From assembly GCA_024679065.1 (NCBI GenBank), contig JAGIQG010000026.1:35960001-36024000 (forward strand): a stretch of 64,000 nt of DNA, written 5' to 3'. The notes under the pieces are model-generated. The model searched no databases. It was not told the origin of the DNA and was given only the letters and a program-made list of their open reading frames with translations. Origin of the DNA: Sphyrna mokarran (taxonomy: Eukaryota). Numbering within the stretch: the stretch's first letter is position 1; the number at the start of each line of letters is the position of its first letter. Positions 52,580 to 63,482 of this stretch are shown here, in pieces. The translations under genes and the position numbers were made by a program.

Positions 52580-53696
52580 GTAATCCTGGAGAAAGTTTCA
52601 TGCAGGCCTCTTGTACAATGGAAAATGGGGCACATTTTTGCAGAACCATCCAGGTTTAATCTTTGCTTTCTGTCTTTCCTCTTATCCAGACAGATCTGAT
52701 CACTGATCGTGAATGGCAACAAGTTGATTTCGGACACACAAACAAGGTAAGTATTGTGGTTGGACCAGATGAAACCCATACATTAGGATACTCACTCCAT
52801 AAAAGATGAATCCCAGCTCCACACGCTTGACCCAATAAAAAAGCCTCCACCAGCAAACATTGCAGCATCAGGTACCTCAAATTCTTCCAGTGTTTACACT
52901 GATAGCGTGCTCCATGACCATGTGGGCACTTCCAGTATTTGGACCTGAGGATGCTGTTCAGCACACGCTAAAAAGCCACAGTTTTGCACATCATTACTTG
53001 CAATTATGTTGCCTGCTTTTGTTGAATGACATTCACTGCATTAATTCTGTAACTCCAATTAAATATATTAATTAATGCTCTGGATTGTCAAGTTCAGCCC
53101 CAGAGAAAAGTTTTCTAGAATTCTCAATAGTTTTGTAGAGGCCCTTCATGAGATTGTGTGTTTGAATGGGCCACGGGTCGATCTCTGGATTGACCCGGCA
53201 CAGCGAGTGTTCAGAATCAAAGACCCAAAAGACTTCAAAATGCTGAAAATTAAAAATAAAAAATCTGGGAAACAACTCCAACAGATTAGGCAACCATGAG
53301 AAAAAGAGAGAAAAACAGTCCATTATTTCATATGGTCACCGACCTGAAACGTTATCTTTGTTTTTCTCTCTCTACAGTGATTTACTTGTAAGCTACTGAG
53401 TTGTTCTTTGCAGTATTTCTTGTTTCTCTCTGAGGTTGCTCAATGTGGAGCTTTCGCTGTAGAATGTAGCTAGCTTCCCTGCAGCCTATCAGCTCCAAGA
53501 CAAGGAAGTCGCTGTCATTCTGCTTCTGTCTGGCCACAGGATTAAATTTGTCATTCCTTGCAGCATTGGACCCCCGTTACAGCCTTTACAGTTAGTCAGC
53601 TGCTGATGAAGCACAGGGAAACAATGAGATAGTGGTGATAGACATCAGATTTTACCGAATTCATCCTTCAAAGGCGTTGGATGTTAGAGAAATACG

Positions 53697-54170
53697 GTGT
53701 GGAGATCTGGCGTTGGACTGGGGTGGGCGCAGTAAGAAATCTCACAAAACCAGGTTAAAATCCAACAGGTTCGCTCACCCATTGAAGGAGCAGCGTTCCA
53801 AAAGCTCATGATTCCAAATAAACCTGTTGGACTTTAGAATCATAGAATCACTACAGTGCAGAAGGAGGTCATTCGGCCTATCGAGTCAGCACCAACAACA
53901 ATCCCACCCAGGCCCTATCCCCGTGACCCCCACATTTGCTAATCCCTTAAACCTCTGCATTTTGGGACATTAATGGGTAATTTAGCATGGCCAATGCTCC
54001 TGACCTATATATCTTTGGAGTGTGGGAGGAAACTGGAGCACCCGGAGGAAACCCACACAGACACGGGGAGAATGTGCAAACTCCACATAGACAGTGTCCC
54101 AATTCGGGAATTAAAAGCAGGTCCCTGGAGCTGTGAGGCAGCAGTGCTAACCACTGTGCCACCATACTGC
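53697..54170. mobile_element. Penelope-like terminus (53697-53836) followed by minus-strand HE1-like SINE
   Basis: TAAAATCCAACAGGTT...AACCTGTTGGACTTTA inverted ends with degenerate hammerhead; SINE core. Confidence 0.8.
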
Positions 54171-55019
54171 CCAAACCTGGTGCTGTTAGAGAAATGAGCA
54201 TCTCAGTGGTCTGGTGCACTGAGATAAACCTTTCCAACACACCCAGTCCAGCTGTTTTGTCATGGTATCTGACATGACAGCAGGGGGAGCTGACAGGCAA
54301 CTTTTGGGAGGCCTCTGTCTCTCTCCAAAGTCGATATGAACAAGAGCACCCAGCTGAGAATTTCTAAATGAAGATTCCTGCAGCCTGGCTGATTAAAGAT
54401 CAGTGACTCAGGCACATTTGACTCATGTGCAGTTAAATGAGAGTGGGCTCTTCCTCTTATGGTGCTAATGGACAATTGGAAGAGTTTGAAACTCGTGCCT
54501 GGAACGCAAAAAAGGGAGTGGAACGCGGGAGTGAGGAAGACCCTTAAAAACTGCAGTTTCAGCATTGTGTTTATATCTGTGACTGAGAATCCCACCTTCA
54601 TACACCTGCATTTAGCCAATTTCCCTCCGATTTGAAACTGGTGGCTGTGCTTCCGGCAGAATAATTCAGATTGCAAAGAGGTTCTGGGAGAGAAAACCTA
54701 ATAGAAACTGAGAGGGCCAGTTATGATGTGGAGATTTTCTGAAAAGCCCTGTGTTGTCTCATTTGACTTTACCGGACTCCCACCCTGAAATGGTCATGTG
54801 CCATTAGAACGTCCAGCCCTTTAGATTCATTCCATTTGGCCATGGTGTCCACTCCAGCTATCTGTAGAGCTATCTGTAAATGTCCCATTTCCCTGTGCTG
54901 ACCTCTTCAGCCTTCATTTCCCTCAATCGCCTTTGCAATTTCCTTTTTGAAATTTCTGCTTCTACCACCCTATAAACAGTGAGTTCCAGGTCATTATCAT
55001 TTCAGCACTGTTAGTGACT

Positions 55020-56320
55020 CCTCAGATACTGTGGCTGTCTGTGTGCATGTGCAACAAGACCTGGTCAAAATCCAGGCTTTGGCTGATGTGGCAAGTAACA
55101 CGAGTGCCAGTCAGTAACCACCTCCAACAAGAAAGAATCTAACCATCTCCCCTTGAAATCAATGGCATTACCATCACTATATCTTTCACTATTAATATCC
55201 TAGGGGTTGCCCTTCACCTGAAGCTGAACTGAACTTGCCAAAAAAAATAGAGTGGCTGCAAAACCAGGTCAAAGGCTGGGGCAGCATGGTGGCACAGTGG
55301 TTAGCATTGCTACCTCACAGCACCAGGACCTGGTTTCGATTCCTGGTTTGGGTCACTGTCTGAGCAGAGTTTTTACGTTCTTCTCATGTCTGCATTGGTT
55401 TCCTCCCACAGTCCAAAGATGTGCAGGTTAGGTTGGTTGGTCACACTAAATTGACCGTAACGTCAGGGGGATTAGCAGGTTGAATATGTGGGGTTATAGT
55501 ATTAGTGTCTGGGTGGGACTGTGTTCAGTACAGACTCGATGGGCCAAATGGCCTCCTTCTGCATTATAGGGTTTCTATGAATTCTAGGAAATCTGTAGCA
55601 GACAACTCACCTCCAGTTTTCCCAAAGCAAGTCTACAAGGTACAAGCCAAGGGTGTAATGGAACACTCTCCACTTGCCTGGTTGAGTGCAGCTCCAGCAA
55701 CACTCAAGAAGCTCAATGACATCTAGTATAAAACAGCTCCTTTATTGGCAGCCAATGCACAAACATTCACTCCCTCTACCACCAGTGCACAATGGCAACA
55801 ATGTGCACCATCCAAAATGGACTGCAGCAAATCACCTAGGCTCCTTAAACCCATCATACCATGTAATTGTCTAAATGTTTTTAAAAGACAAAATTGTACT
55901 CACCTCTACTACAGCCTCTGACATTCACTATCCTCTGTGTGAAAAAATTGCTCCTCTGGATGCTTTTGTATCTCTCCCCTCCCCTATACCCTCTAGTTTT
56001 AGACTCCCCTACCTTTGGGAAAAGATATTGACTATCTAGCTGATCTTTCCCCCTCATTATTTTATAAATGTCTATAAGTTCACCCCTAAGCTTCCTATGC
56101 TCCAGAGAAGAAAGTTCCAGCCTATCCAGCTTCTCCTTATAACTCAAACCATCTGGGTCAAAATCCTGGAATTCATTTCCTAACAGCAATATGAATGTAC
56201 CTGTACCACATAGACTGCTGGAGTTCAAAAAGACAACTCGCCAACACTGTTTTAAGGGCTATTATTAGGGATAGACAATATATGCTGGCCAGCAATGTTC
56301 ATGTCTTATGAATGAAAAAG
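55020..56320. mobile_element. CR1/L2-type LINE (+) with nested HE1 SINE (55278-55583) and CR1 3' piece (-, 55850-56150)
   Basis: YKVQAKGVMEHSPLAW; LSYKEKLDRLEL..LRGELIDIYKIMRG. Confidence 0.75.
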
Positions 56321-56552
56321 AATGTTCTCCAATATCACTATATAGTTCTTGCAAATCTCTGTGATTTTCATACAAATTTCTCCCACTAGCTTTTTCTTAT
56401 TATTTGGAAGTCTACAGAATATGTCCAGTCATGTGATCATCCCCTTTTCACCTTCCATATCAGAAGAAGTATGATAGGATTGCTGTTATGACCAGTCCCT
56501 AGTGAGGTTCCCCAAAGATTATCATCATCTTTCACCTAGGATAGTCTATAAG

Positions 56553-58772
56553 TGTCACAAACATGGGTGAGAAGGGATGGCTGGCTCCATGTTTAGCAAC
56601 AAAGGTTTAATTGTTCCCTTGGATATCTTTACAAGACCCATTAGTTATGTTTAAAAATGAACCAATTTAACCAGGCCTTCTTGAGTTAAAATAAAGTAAA
56701 TTTATTAACTTATAAAAAGACAAGGAGAAATGGTAAAACATTTGCATATACATTCATATGGATTAGAAATATGAATTGAATTCAATAATAAACACATACA
56801 TTAAAAAGTTATACAAAACAGTTCTTGAGTTGCAAGCAGTAGATGATGGAGCATGTAATCATTATCACTTCATTCCAGTATAGTTGATACCTGCTTTCAA
56901 GTAGTTAATTCTCCAATTCAGGTGTCCTGTAGTTTAGTAGAGATATTCCAGTTCTTTATTCCAGCTGCATGCGTTTTTTTCTGGCTGGTTGAATTTCACA
57001 GTCAGAGAAAGAGTTTTTCCTCCCAGCACACACACACACACACACACACAGATTGCAGCAGGGCAACTCTCTCAGCTAGCTTTTACCCCCATCTTTGTAC
57101 ATTCCAACTGACATCCACTGTTTGATCTAAGGAGACAATTTCACATGGTCATTTTGATAAGATAGCCATTACATTCCTTTGTCTTTACCAGATGCAGTAA
57201 TCAATGGATTCTTTTAAAAGTACCTTATCTGGAAACATAGAGAGGGCCTCCGTTGTCCCTTCCAGAATCATCCTGCTGTGGTTCTGTCAGGTTAACTATA
57301 CCTTCCCAGCCATCTTTGAGGTTTGTACTCCTCAGATTAGATCAGGTTTCAGGCCTTCAGCCATTCTCTACAGCTCATTAATGAAGGATCAACAGGTTCT
57401 CTATCAATTGGGCATGTTTATTGAAGTTAACCCTTTCAAAGATCTTACTATTTCTGTGGCTAATGGTTTTCCTGCACTTGTTGGTTTTGGCTCCTGCACT
57501 AACAACAATCCCGATCTCAGTGTTTCACCTTTTTCTGCCTGAATTGAGAGTTAGCATCATCCCTGCTTTACCTGTTTTAAGGCTCTTCAGAGAGTCAAAT
57601 CCCATCTTCTGATGAGTTTATGGTATTCAACCTTCTTTAGGACTGGTCCAGAAATTTAAAATTTTTAACTCACCCCTGATCGGTGTATTGTGCACATTCT
57701 TGTATTGAAGATGAACCTCCATGGGATTCAGTGGAGTCTTCTGCTGAAGTGAAACCCAACACTGTAAACTTTATTCTTATTGTTATTGCTTTTAAACAGG
57801 ACACTTTCCACTGAACAGAGAAAATTAAAATGGCTGCTACAAGTCACCTGATCACAGAGTTGCCCATCCTGTCTGGGAATCAACCCCAGCTGTTTCAAGA
57901 ACAAAATAATTATTTCTTCCAGCTTTTAGAATATCACACTAATTTCTTGTAGTCAACAGAAGCAGAGAAAGTACAGACAAACTCGCTCCCCTATCCTGAA
58001 CTATCATGAGAAAGAAAGACCCATCCTTATTACTGGAAGAGATAATTATAACCAAGCTGTTTCTCTCCTGAGGAGAAACAAGTGAATTCTGACCGGCAAC
58101 ACGGAAACTAATTGCTAGGCTGCAATTAACAAGTAATAGACCACATCCCAACCCACGTTCCTGGCTTTTTGGATAGTTTTAACATCAAATCTTTGAACCT
58201 CACAGAGGGACCTGCTGTTTTAATGTCAACTGGACAGAACTCCAGCAACCAGGATCAGTAAGCAGTCCCAAATCTACGAACCCTGTTTAAACTTAAAAGA
58301 TCTGACCAAGCCATCTAAAAACAGAATTATACAACAACAATGTTCATTTTAAGGATTTTCCTTTTGATTTAACCAGCCAGAAGCTCATAGGAGAATCCCA
58401 TCATGAGGGAACCACCCTCTGGACTCTAACATTGGACTCTGGAATACATATAAATGAATAATTACTTTTTTTCTGTGGTTCCTGCACTATTAAACTTCTT
58501 TTTTCTATCCATTACCTTATTTACTCTAAATGTGTGTGGAGTGGGACAGAGTAAATACAACTTATTCTGAGATTTGAATATGCAAAATAAACTAAGCTTT
58601 TAAATTAATCCTAACTTCTTTTTGCTGTGGATTAATGGTAAAATTGAATCATAAAAACTAAGGGATTGGGAAAGCATAGTATCATCTTTTTTACAAAACA
58701 AATGCAAACACCTTCTACTCACCGACAAGAGGAAGTTAGTGAAGGTTCCCTGTTTCTTTTCTGTCTGTAACT
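56553..58772. mobile_element. Two probable solo LTRs in opposite orientation
   Basis: TGTCAC start with minus-strand AATAAA at ~56701; second unit with AATAAA at 58586 ending TGTAAC; no coding motifs; TSDs not resolved. Confidence 0.4.
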
Positions 58773-59052
58773 ATATACATTGATACAGTGAATGTCCAAG
58801 CTAGGAGCTGTCTCCACACTTGCTTCTATACACAGCTCTGTCTGTCACCACACTGAGTCCTAGATGCAGGCCATGTCTTCACTTACATCACTGTGTGGGT
58901 GATGTACTCAGTTCAATGTTAACCCTTTATATGTTAAACACTAAACTGCATTGAATTGTTCAAACCACCTAGATTTAGATGGTTAAACTCTAACAGTACA
59001 TTTGTGTCCTTAAGATTTGTCTCTTGCCATTTGCACCTAACTTGGTGCTTCA

Positions 59053-59405
59053 GGGTGGCACCGTGACATAGTGGTTTGCATGGTTAACCTTCAGGGTGGA
59101 AGAATAGCACAGTAGTTCATGCTGCTGTCTCATAGCACCAGGGACCCACGTTCGATTCCAGCCGTGGGCAACTGTTTTTATGGAGTTTGTAAGTCCTTAC
59201 TGTGTCAGCATGGGTTTCCTCCCACAGTTCAAAGATGTGTGTGTTAGATTGGTTGGCTATACTAAATTGCCCCTGAGTGTCCAAAGATGTGTAGGTTAGG
59301 GTAAATGCATGGAATCCAGATAAGGTGCCCTGTCAGAGAGTAGGTGCAGAATTGATGGGTTGAATGGCCCCCTTCTGCACTGAAGGATTCTAGGATTTTA
59401 TGATT
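59053..59405 (+). mobile_element. HE1-like SINE
   Basis: Head (duplicated), core and tail. Confidence 0.8.
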
Positions 59406-59531
59406 TTGTACACCACAGATAAGTGGGGTGTTGCTACAGGGAGAATATGATGACCCCAGAATCAGGCAACTCTTAAGTTTCAAAATCCTTAAGTAATGGA
59501 AAATGAGTTGATTAAATTACTGACTTTTTTG

Positions 59532-59752
59532 ACATTGAACCAACCAGGGGAAAACTGGTTCCTGGGGAAAGACCATCGGGTGAGGTACAAGATGGCTGCC
59601 ATTTATTGCTGGACTGATATCAATGACATTGGGAACAGTGTCTCCTGAAGAGGAATTCTGGGACATTCCAGATCAATAATGTCACCAAAGCAGCTTTGGA
59701 GATGGTGGGGATTGTCTACTGTGCTGCCCCTAAAGGGACAATCACCACAGAG
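59532..59752 (+). pseudogene. Decayed Ig V segment with heptamer
   Basis: With two frameshifts: TLNQPG-KTGSWGKTI-VRYKM (FR1; Cys position TAC); later KRNSGTFQINNVTKA...GIVYCAA (FR3); CACAGAG at 59746-59752; FR2/CDR2 missing. Confidence 0.55.
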
Positions 59753-59971
59753 TCAGAATTGACTCAACATTCTCTAACCTTCCAGAATTAAACTTCCCAT
59801 TTTTAACTAAAAACAAAATATAGTTCTGGTCAGAAAATTCTTTATTCTGTAATGATAACAACACTTCCCTTACTCTTGCCTTCTCCTTATATAGAGTTTA
59901 TAAAGAAGGTTGATCCAAAAATTGACCAGTCCACAAACCGTCCCCAATACTGCAAAATGAAGCGTCTTTAA

Positions 59972-60249
59972 ACAGTGACGTGTCCGACCGTTACTGAAAT
60001 GGGTGGAGCTGAAACTGAGACATTTGTATGTGTTGTAAATAAAATGAAGATATGTTGAGTTTGTCTCTGTTCTGGACAGTCCCTCTCCTTAAAATAACAT
60101 TGCACAGTTCCTGCTGGGACCCAGCTGTAAGTTATTATCACCCAGCTAACCACACTGATCACTGATTGGTGGAAACTGCCATCTCAATGCAGTTTAGCTT
60201 CAACCAATCTCCTTCAACATTTCCATGAGGTTCGATTAGCTCTCAGTGT
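59972..60249 (+). pseudogene. Decayed Ig light-chain C1 domain
   Basis: TVTCPTVTEMGGAETETFVCVVNK (P-to-C spacing as in CL), frameshift to LFWTV, ITQLTTLITDW (LTxxxxDW), Cys 60188, terminal SISSQC; polypyrimidine AG acceptor at 59893-59894. Confidence 0.6.
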
Positions 60250-60352
60250 TCTGAATCCATGAAAATAACGCATTGTATCAGTAAATCATATTCAGGAGTT
60301 AGTGCAATGGAGGTCAGTGTTTCCATAGTCAGTGGCTAGTTAATGGCAGATT

Positions 60353-60690
60353 AAAGTTAAAGTTTATTTATTAATGTCATAAATAGTTTTACTTTAACAC
60401 TGCAATGAAGTTACTGTGAAAATCCCCTGGTCGCTACATCCTGGTGCTGGTTCAGGTAGATGCAGGGAGAAGTTAGCATCACCACTGCACATAACCAGGA
60501 TATTTTTTGGTCTGTGGGAGAAAACTGGAGCACCCGGAGAAAATCCACACAGATACGGGGAGAACATGCAGACTCCACACAGACATTGACCCAAGTCAGG
60601 AATCGAACCTGTGTCCTTGGAGCTGTGAGGGTGCAGTGCTAACCACAGCTCCACCGTACAGTGCCACCCTGTGCCACACTGTGCCACCAA
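60353..60690 (-). mobile_element. HE1-like SINE
   Basis: Reverse-complement full copy. Confidence 0.85.
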
Positions 60691-61324
60691 AGTTAAATCT
60701 TCTTTGTTGTGCATATTCACTCACTGGCAAGGCCAACGGAGCAAGATTGTCCAAACGTCAACTGAGGGTTTCGTTGGCTGGATTCTCCATCGGAGAGTGG
60801 GAAATAGAATTTGGGATCGTTATCAAGGCCCAGTCCCTCCATCCCGGAGTGGGACTGTGGAATGATGGGTACATTCACATGTTGGGGTTTTCACAGATTG
60901 GCCCAGCTGGGGTCAGGTTCCTTGTTGATTCTGGGCAGGGGTGGGGTCTTGTGGTCAAAGCTAAAGGGGTCTTGCAGCTTGAGAGGAGCTGCAGACAATA
61001 GGAAGGACTAACCAACAGTGAGTGTCCTATAGTGAGAACATTGCTGTATCATGTCTGAGATGGTTTCTCTTGAAGAGAGCTATTAGTATACTTGCTGAAT
61101 CCGTGTATGAGAATCGTATCCATCCTCATTTTTATAAAGTTTTCATTGACGAGAACCAAAGTATCTAAATCTCAGCAATTGCAGAGGGTCAAGAATGCAG
61201 CTCACCACCACCTTCTCCAGGGCAACAAGGGATGGGCAATAAGTGCTGGCATAACCAGCAACACCCATGTCCCACAACCAAATAAAAAAATGGTTGGTTT
61301 TGCACCAGATAGTAATACAGCAGG

Positions 61325-61740
61325 CACAAAAACAGAAAATGCTAGAAAATCTCAGCAGGTCTGACAGTGTCAATGGAGTAAGAAGTCTCACAACACCAAG
61401 TTAAAGTCCAACAGGTTTATTTGTTGGCAAACACCACTAGCTTTCTGGGCTTTGCCTCTTAGTCAGATGAGTGGGGAATTCTGATCATAAACAGACCATA
61501 TAAGAACACATCCTCAGTTTACAGAATATTGATTAAAATGCAAATCTTTACAACTAATCAAGTCTTAAAGGTGCAGACAGTGTGAGTGGAGATATCATTA
61601 AGCATATGTATTGTCTCCAGACAGGACAGTAAGTGAGATGTTGCAAGCCCAGGCAAGTCATGGAGGTTACAAATAGTGTCTGTGGAGACAGAATAGAGCT
61701 TATATTTCGAGTCTGGATGACCCTTCATCAGAGCTAAAGA
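61325..61740 (-). mobile_element. Penelope-type terminal repeat with a second PLE terminus nested inside (61372-61680)
   Basis: AAACAGAAAATGCTAGAAAATCTCAGCAGGTCTG...TGTGGAGACAGAATAGAG is split by an AAGTCTCACAACACC.. unit; AGTGTC at both junctions. Confidence 0.7.
61697..61735 (-). ncRNA. Minimal type I hammerhead ribozyme motif
   Basis: AGCU-CUGAUGA-A-GGGUC(AUCCA)GACUC-GAAA-U-A-UA-AGCU: intact core, stem I and stem II, 1-bp stem III, AUA triplet. Confidence 0.6.
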
Positions 61741-61987
61741 CAAAGAAAAATATAATCCAGCAGAAAGTTTCCTTGTTGGGATGTGAACAGCAATTCATAA
61801 TTCAGCTTTGAACAGAAGAAGCAGACAAACATGAAAAGGAGAAGTGGGAAATATCAGACAGAAACTATCTTCTGTTTGAAATGTGACTCTCTAACTGGGC
61901 TGAGGTGTCACTACATCAATCTGAATCTCTGACACTGAATGGGAGGCTTTCACATCCTTGCTCTGATTGGTGAGTGTCAATTCTCTA

Positions 61988-62027
61988 ATTTGCATGCCTG
62001 TCCTTCCTGTTGTGAATGGCTCTATAA
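61988..62027 (+). promoter_or_regulatory. Ig light-chain promoter
   Basis: Octamer ATTTGCAT 61988-61995 (light-chain orientation); TATAA 62023-62027. Confidence 0.9.
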
Positions 62028-62115
62028 CTGGCTCCAATGGGCAGCTCCTGCCACACTCTGTCACACACACACACACACTCACTGAAGGGAGGCAGCGAGC
62101 TCATTGGCACAAAGG

Positions 62116-62161
62116 ATGTGGACCTGGTGTTTTTTCTGCTCTTTGGCACTGTGTCTGGGCT
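62116..62161 (+). CDS. IgL leader exon
   Basis: MWTWCFFCSLALCLG + T|GTAAGT; 46 nt, phase 1. Confidence 0.92.
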
Positions 62162-62266
62162 GTAAGTACAAACCCTGAAATCTGCTTCTCCCGCAGCAGC
62201 AGACGGGGGACTTGGAAACACTTTCAGACAGTCAATTTATAACGTTTAATCTCTGCTTTCTTACAG

Positions 62267-62593
62267 ATGGACAATCTCAGACTCTGACTCAGCCTCCAGA
62301 CGTGACTGTGAACCCGGGAAACACGGCCACACTCGACTGTAACATCGGAACAGATGATGGCTATACTGTGTATTGGTACAAGCAGACCCCAGGAGCAGCT
62401 CCTCAGTGGGTCCTCTATTATTATTATTCTCACAATGCCCCCACCTATGGTCCTGGGTTTAGTAGCGACCGTTTCACATCGACAGCCAACAGCGGCCACA
62501 ACATTTACAAGTTAATCATAAAGAACGTGGAGGTGAATGATGCTGCCGTCTATTACTGTGGAAAGTGGTTTTCAAGCAGCAGCAGCTATGTGT
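62267..62593 (+). CDS. IgL V segment, probably sigma isotype
   Basis: QTLTQPPDVTVNPGNTATLDC..WYKQTPGAAPQWVL..YGPGFSSDRF..YKLIIKNVEVNDAAVYYC; long CDR2 and YGxGFSS motif typical of sigma/L2; open frame. Confidence 0.93.
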
Positions 62594-62621
62594 CACAGTG
62601 ACAGGAGGTAAAACAAAAACT
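62594..62621 (+). promoter_or_regulatory. 12-RSS of V
   Basis: CACAGTG-12 nt-ACAAAAACT. Confidence 0.97.
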
Positions 62622-62934
62622 GGCAACAGTAAATGTTATACAATTAATAACTGTGTGTTCGGTAAAACATTGTTAAGTTTTACATTTCATCAAATCACTT
62701 TAATTTCGTCCTTTATGCAATATTTTCCAACAAATATAATAATAATTGATAACAATCTGAATCTCACTACTCAGTATTGAGCGTTAATGATATTTTACTG
62801 TCAGTGTGTGTGTGTTACTGTGAGTTCATTCCTTACTGTCCCATACCAGCAGGAACACTGGGAATACATGAAGCCTGATTAATGCCGGACTGGAGAATCT
62901 GAAATGTGTTTTCTGTCTGATTTCCAGGGTCTGC

Positions 62935-62973
62935 GATAACTGTGTGGACTGAATCCTAAAACATCACACTGTG
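62935..62973 (-). promoter_or_regulatory. 23-RSS of J (degenerate nonamer)
   Basis: CACTGTG 62967-62973 is consensus; the nonamer position holds GATAACTGT versus GGTTTTTGT. Confidence 0.75.
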
Positions 62974-63010
62974 TGGGTGTTCGGCCAAGGGACCAAACTC
63001 TTTGTCGCAG
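62974..63010 (+). CDS. IgL J segment
   Basis: WVFGQGTKLFVA + G|GTAAGT. Confidence 0.96.
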
Positions 63011-63482
63011 GTAAGTGGCTGGAAATCCCCTCCTCTAGAAACTAACTGTGTGAGTTTAGACATTTAGAAATGAATGAATAATTCAAACTCAGTTATTTCT
63101 TAGCACCTAGGAGTTAAATGTTAATTTGACAGTGAAAATGCAAATACCATGTGTTGTGTCCAGCACTAGACTGATTAATTAGAAAGACAGTAATAATTAT
63201 TAGTGCAGTATATCTGAATATTGCTTTCTGACACTGTCTCTGAATAATGATGCTGCTGGATATTCTATGAATATATTCATATTCTTTCTATGAAGAAGTG
63301 CTCTGACTTTCTGCCTTCATTTCTGATCTTCCATATGGGTATCTATATTTTAAATAGTTGGTGCAGATAGAGTTTTGATCGATGGGTGTTACAGTTTTGT
63401 CAATCATTCATAGTGGGCAGTGCTGGGGAAAGTGTGAAGTTGTGATTTTCTCTCCTGGTTCAGCTGTTTTGCTGATGAACCA

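Noticed and set aside
58885-58901. ACATCACTGTGTGGGTG resembling the J heptamer and J start
   Set aside because: No nonamer at 12 or 23 nt and no FGxG; better explained as a leader relic or coincidence.
59895-59935. Possible J-like G.SKLTV remnant fused ahead of the C relic (lambda5-like layout)
   Set aside because: Needs several indels in 40 nt; not supportable by eye.
62212-62601. ORF-track start METLSDSQF for the V region
   Set aside because: This start is intronic; the real N-terminus comes from the spliced leader at 62116-62161.
62649-62684. AACTGTG-TG-FGKTLLSFT pseudo-J just after the V RSS
   Set aside because: Lacks the second Gly, a nonamer and a splice donor; probably chance.
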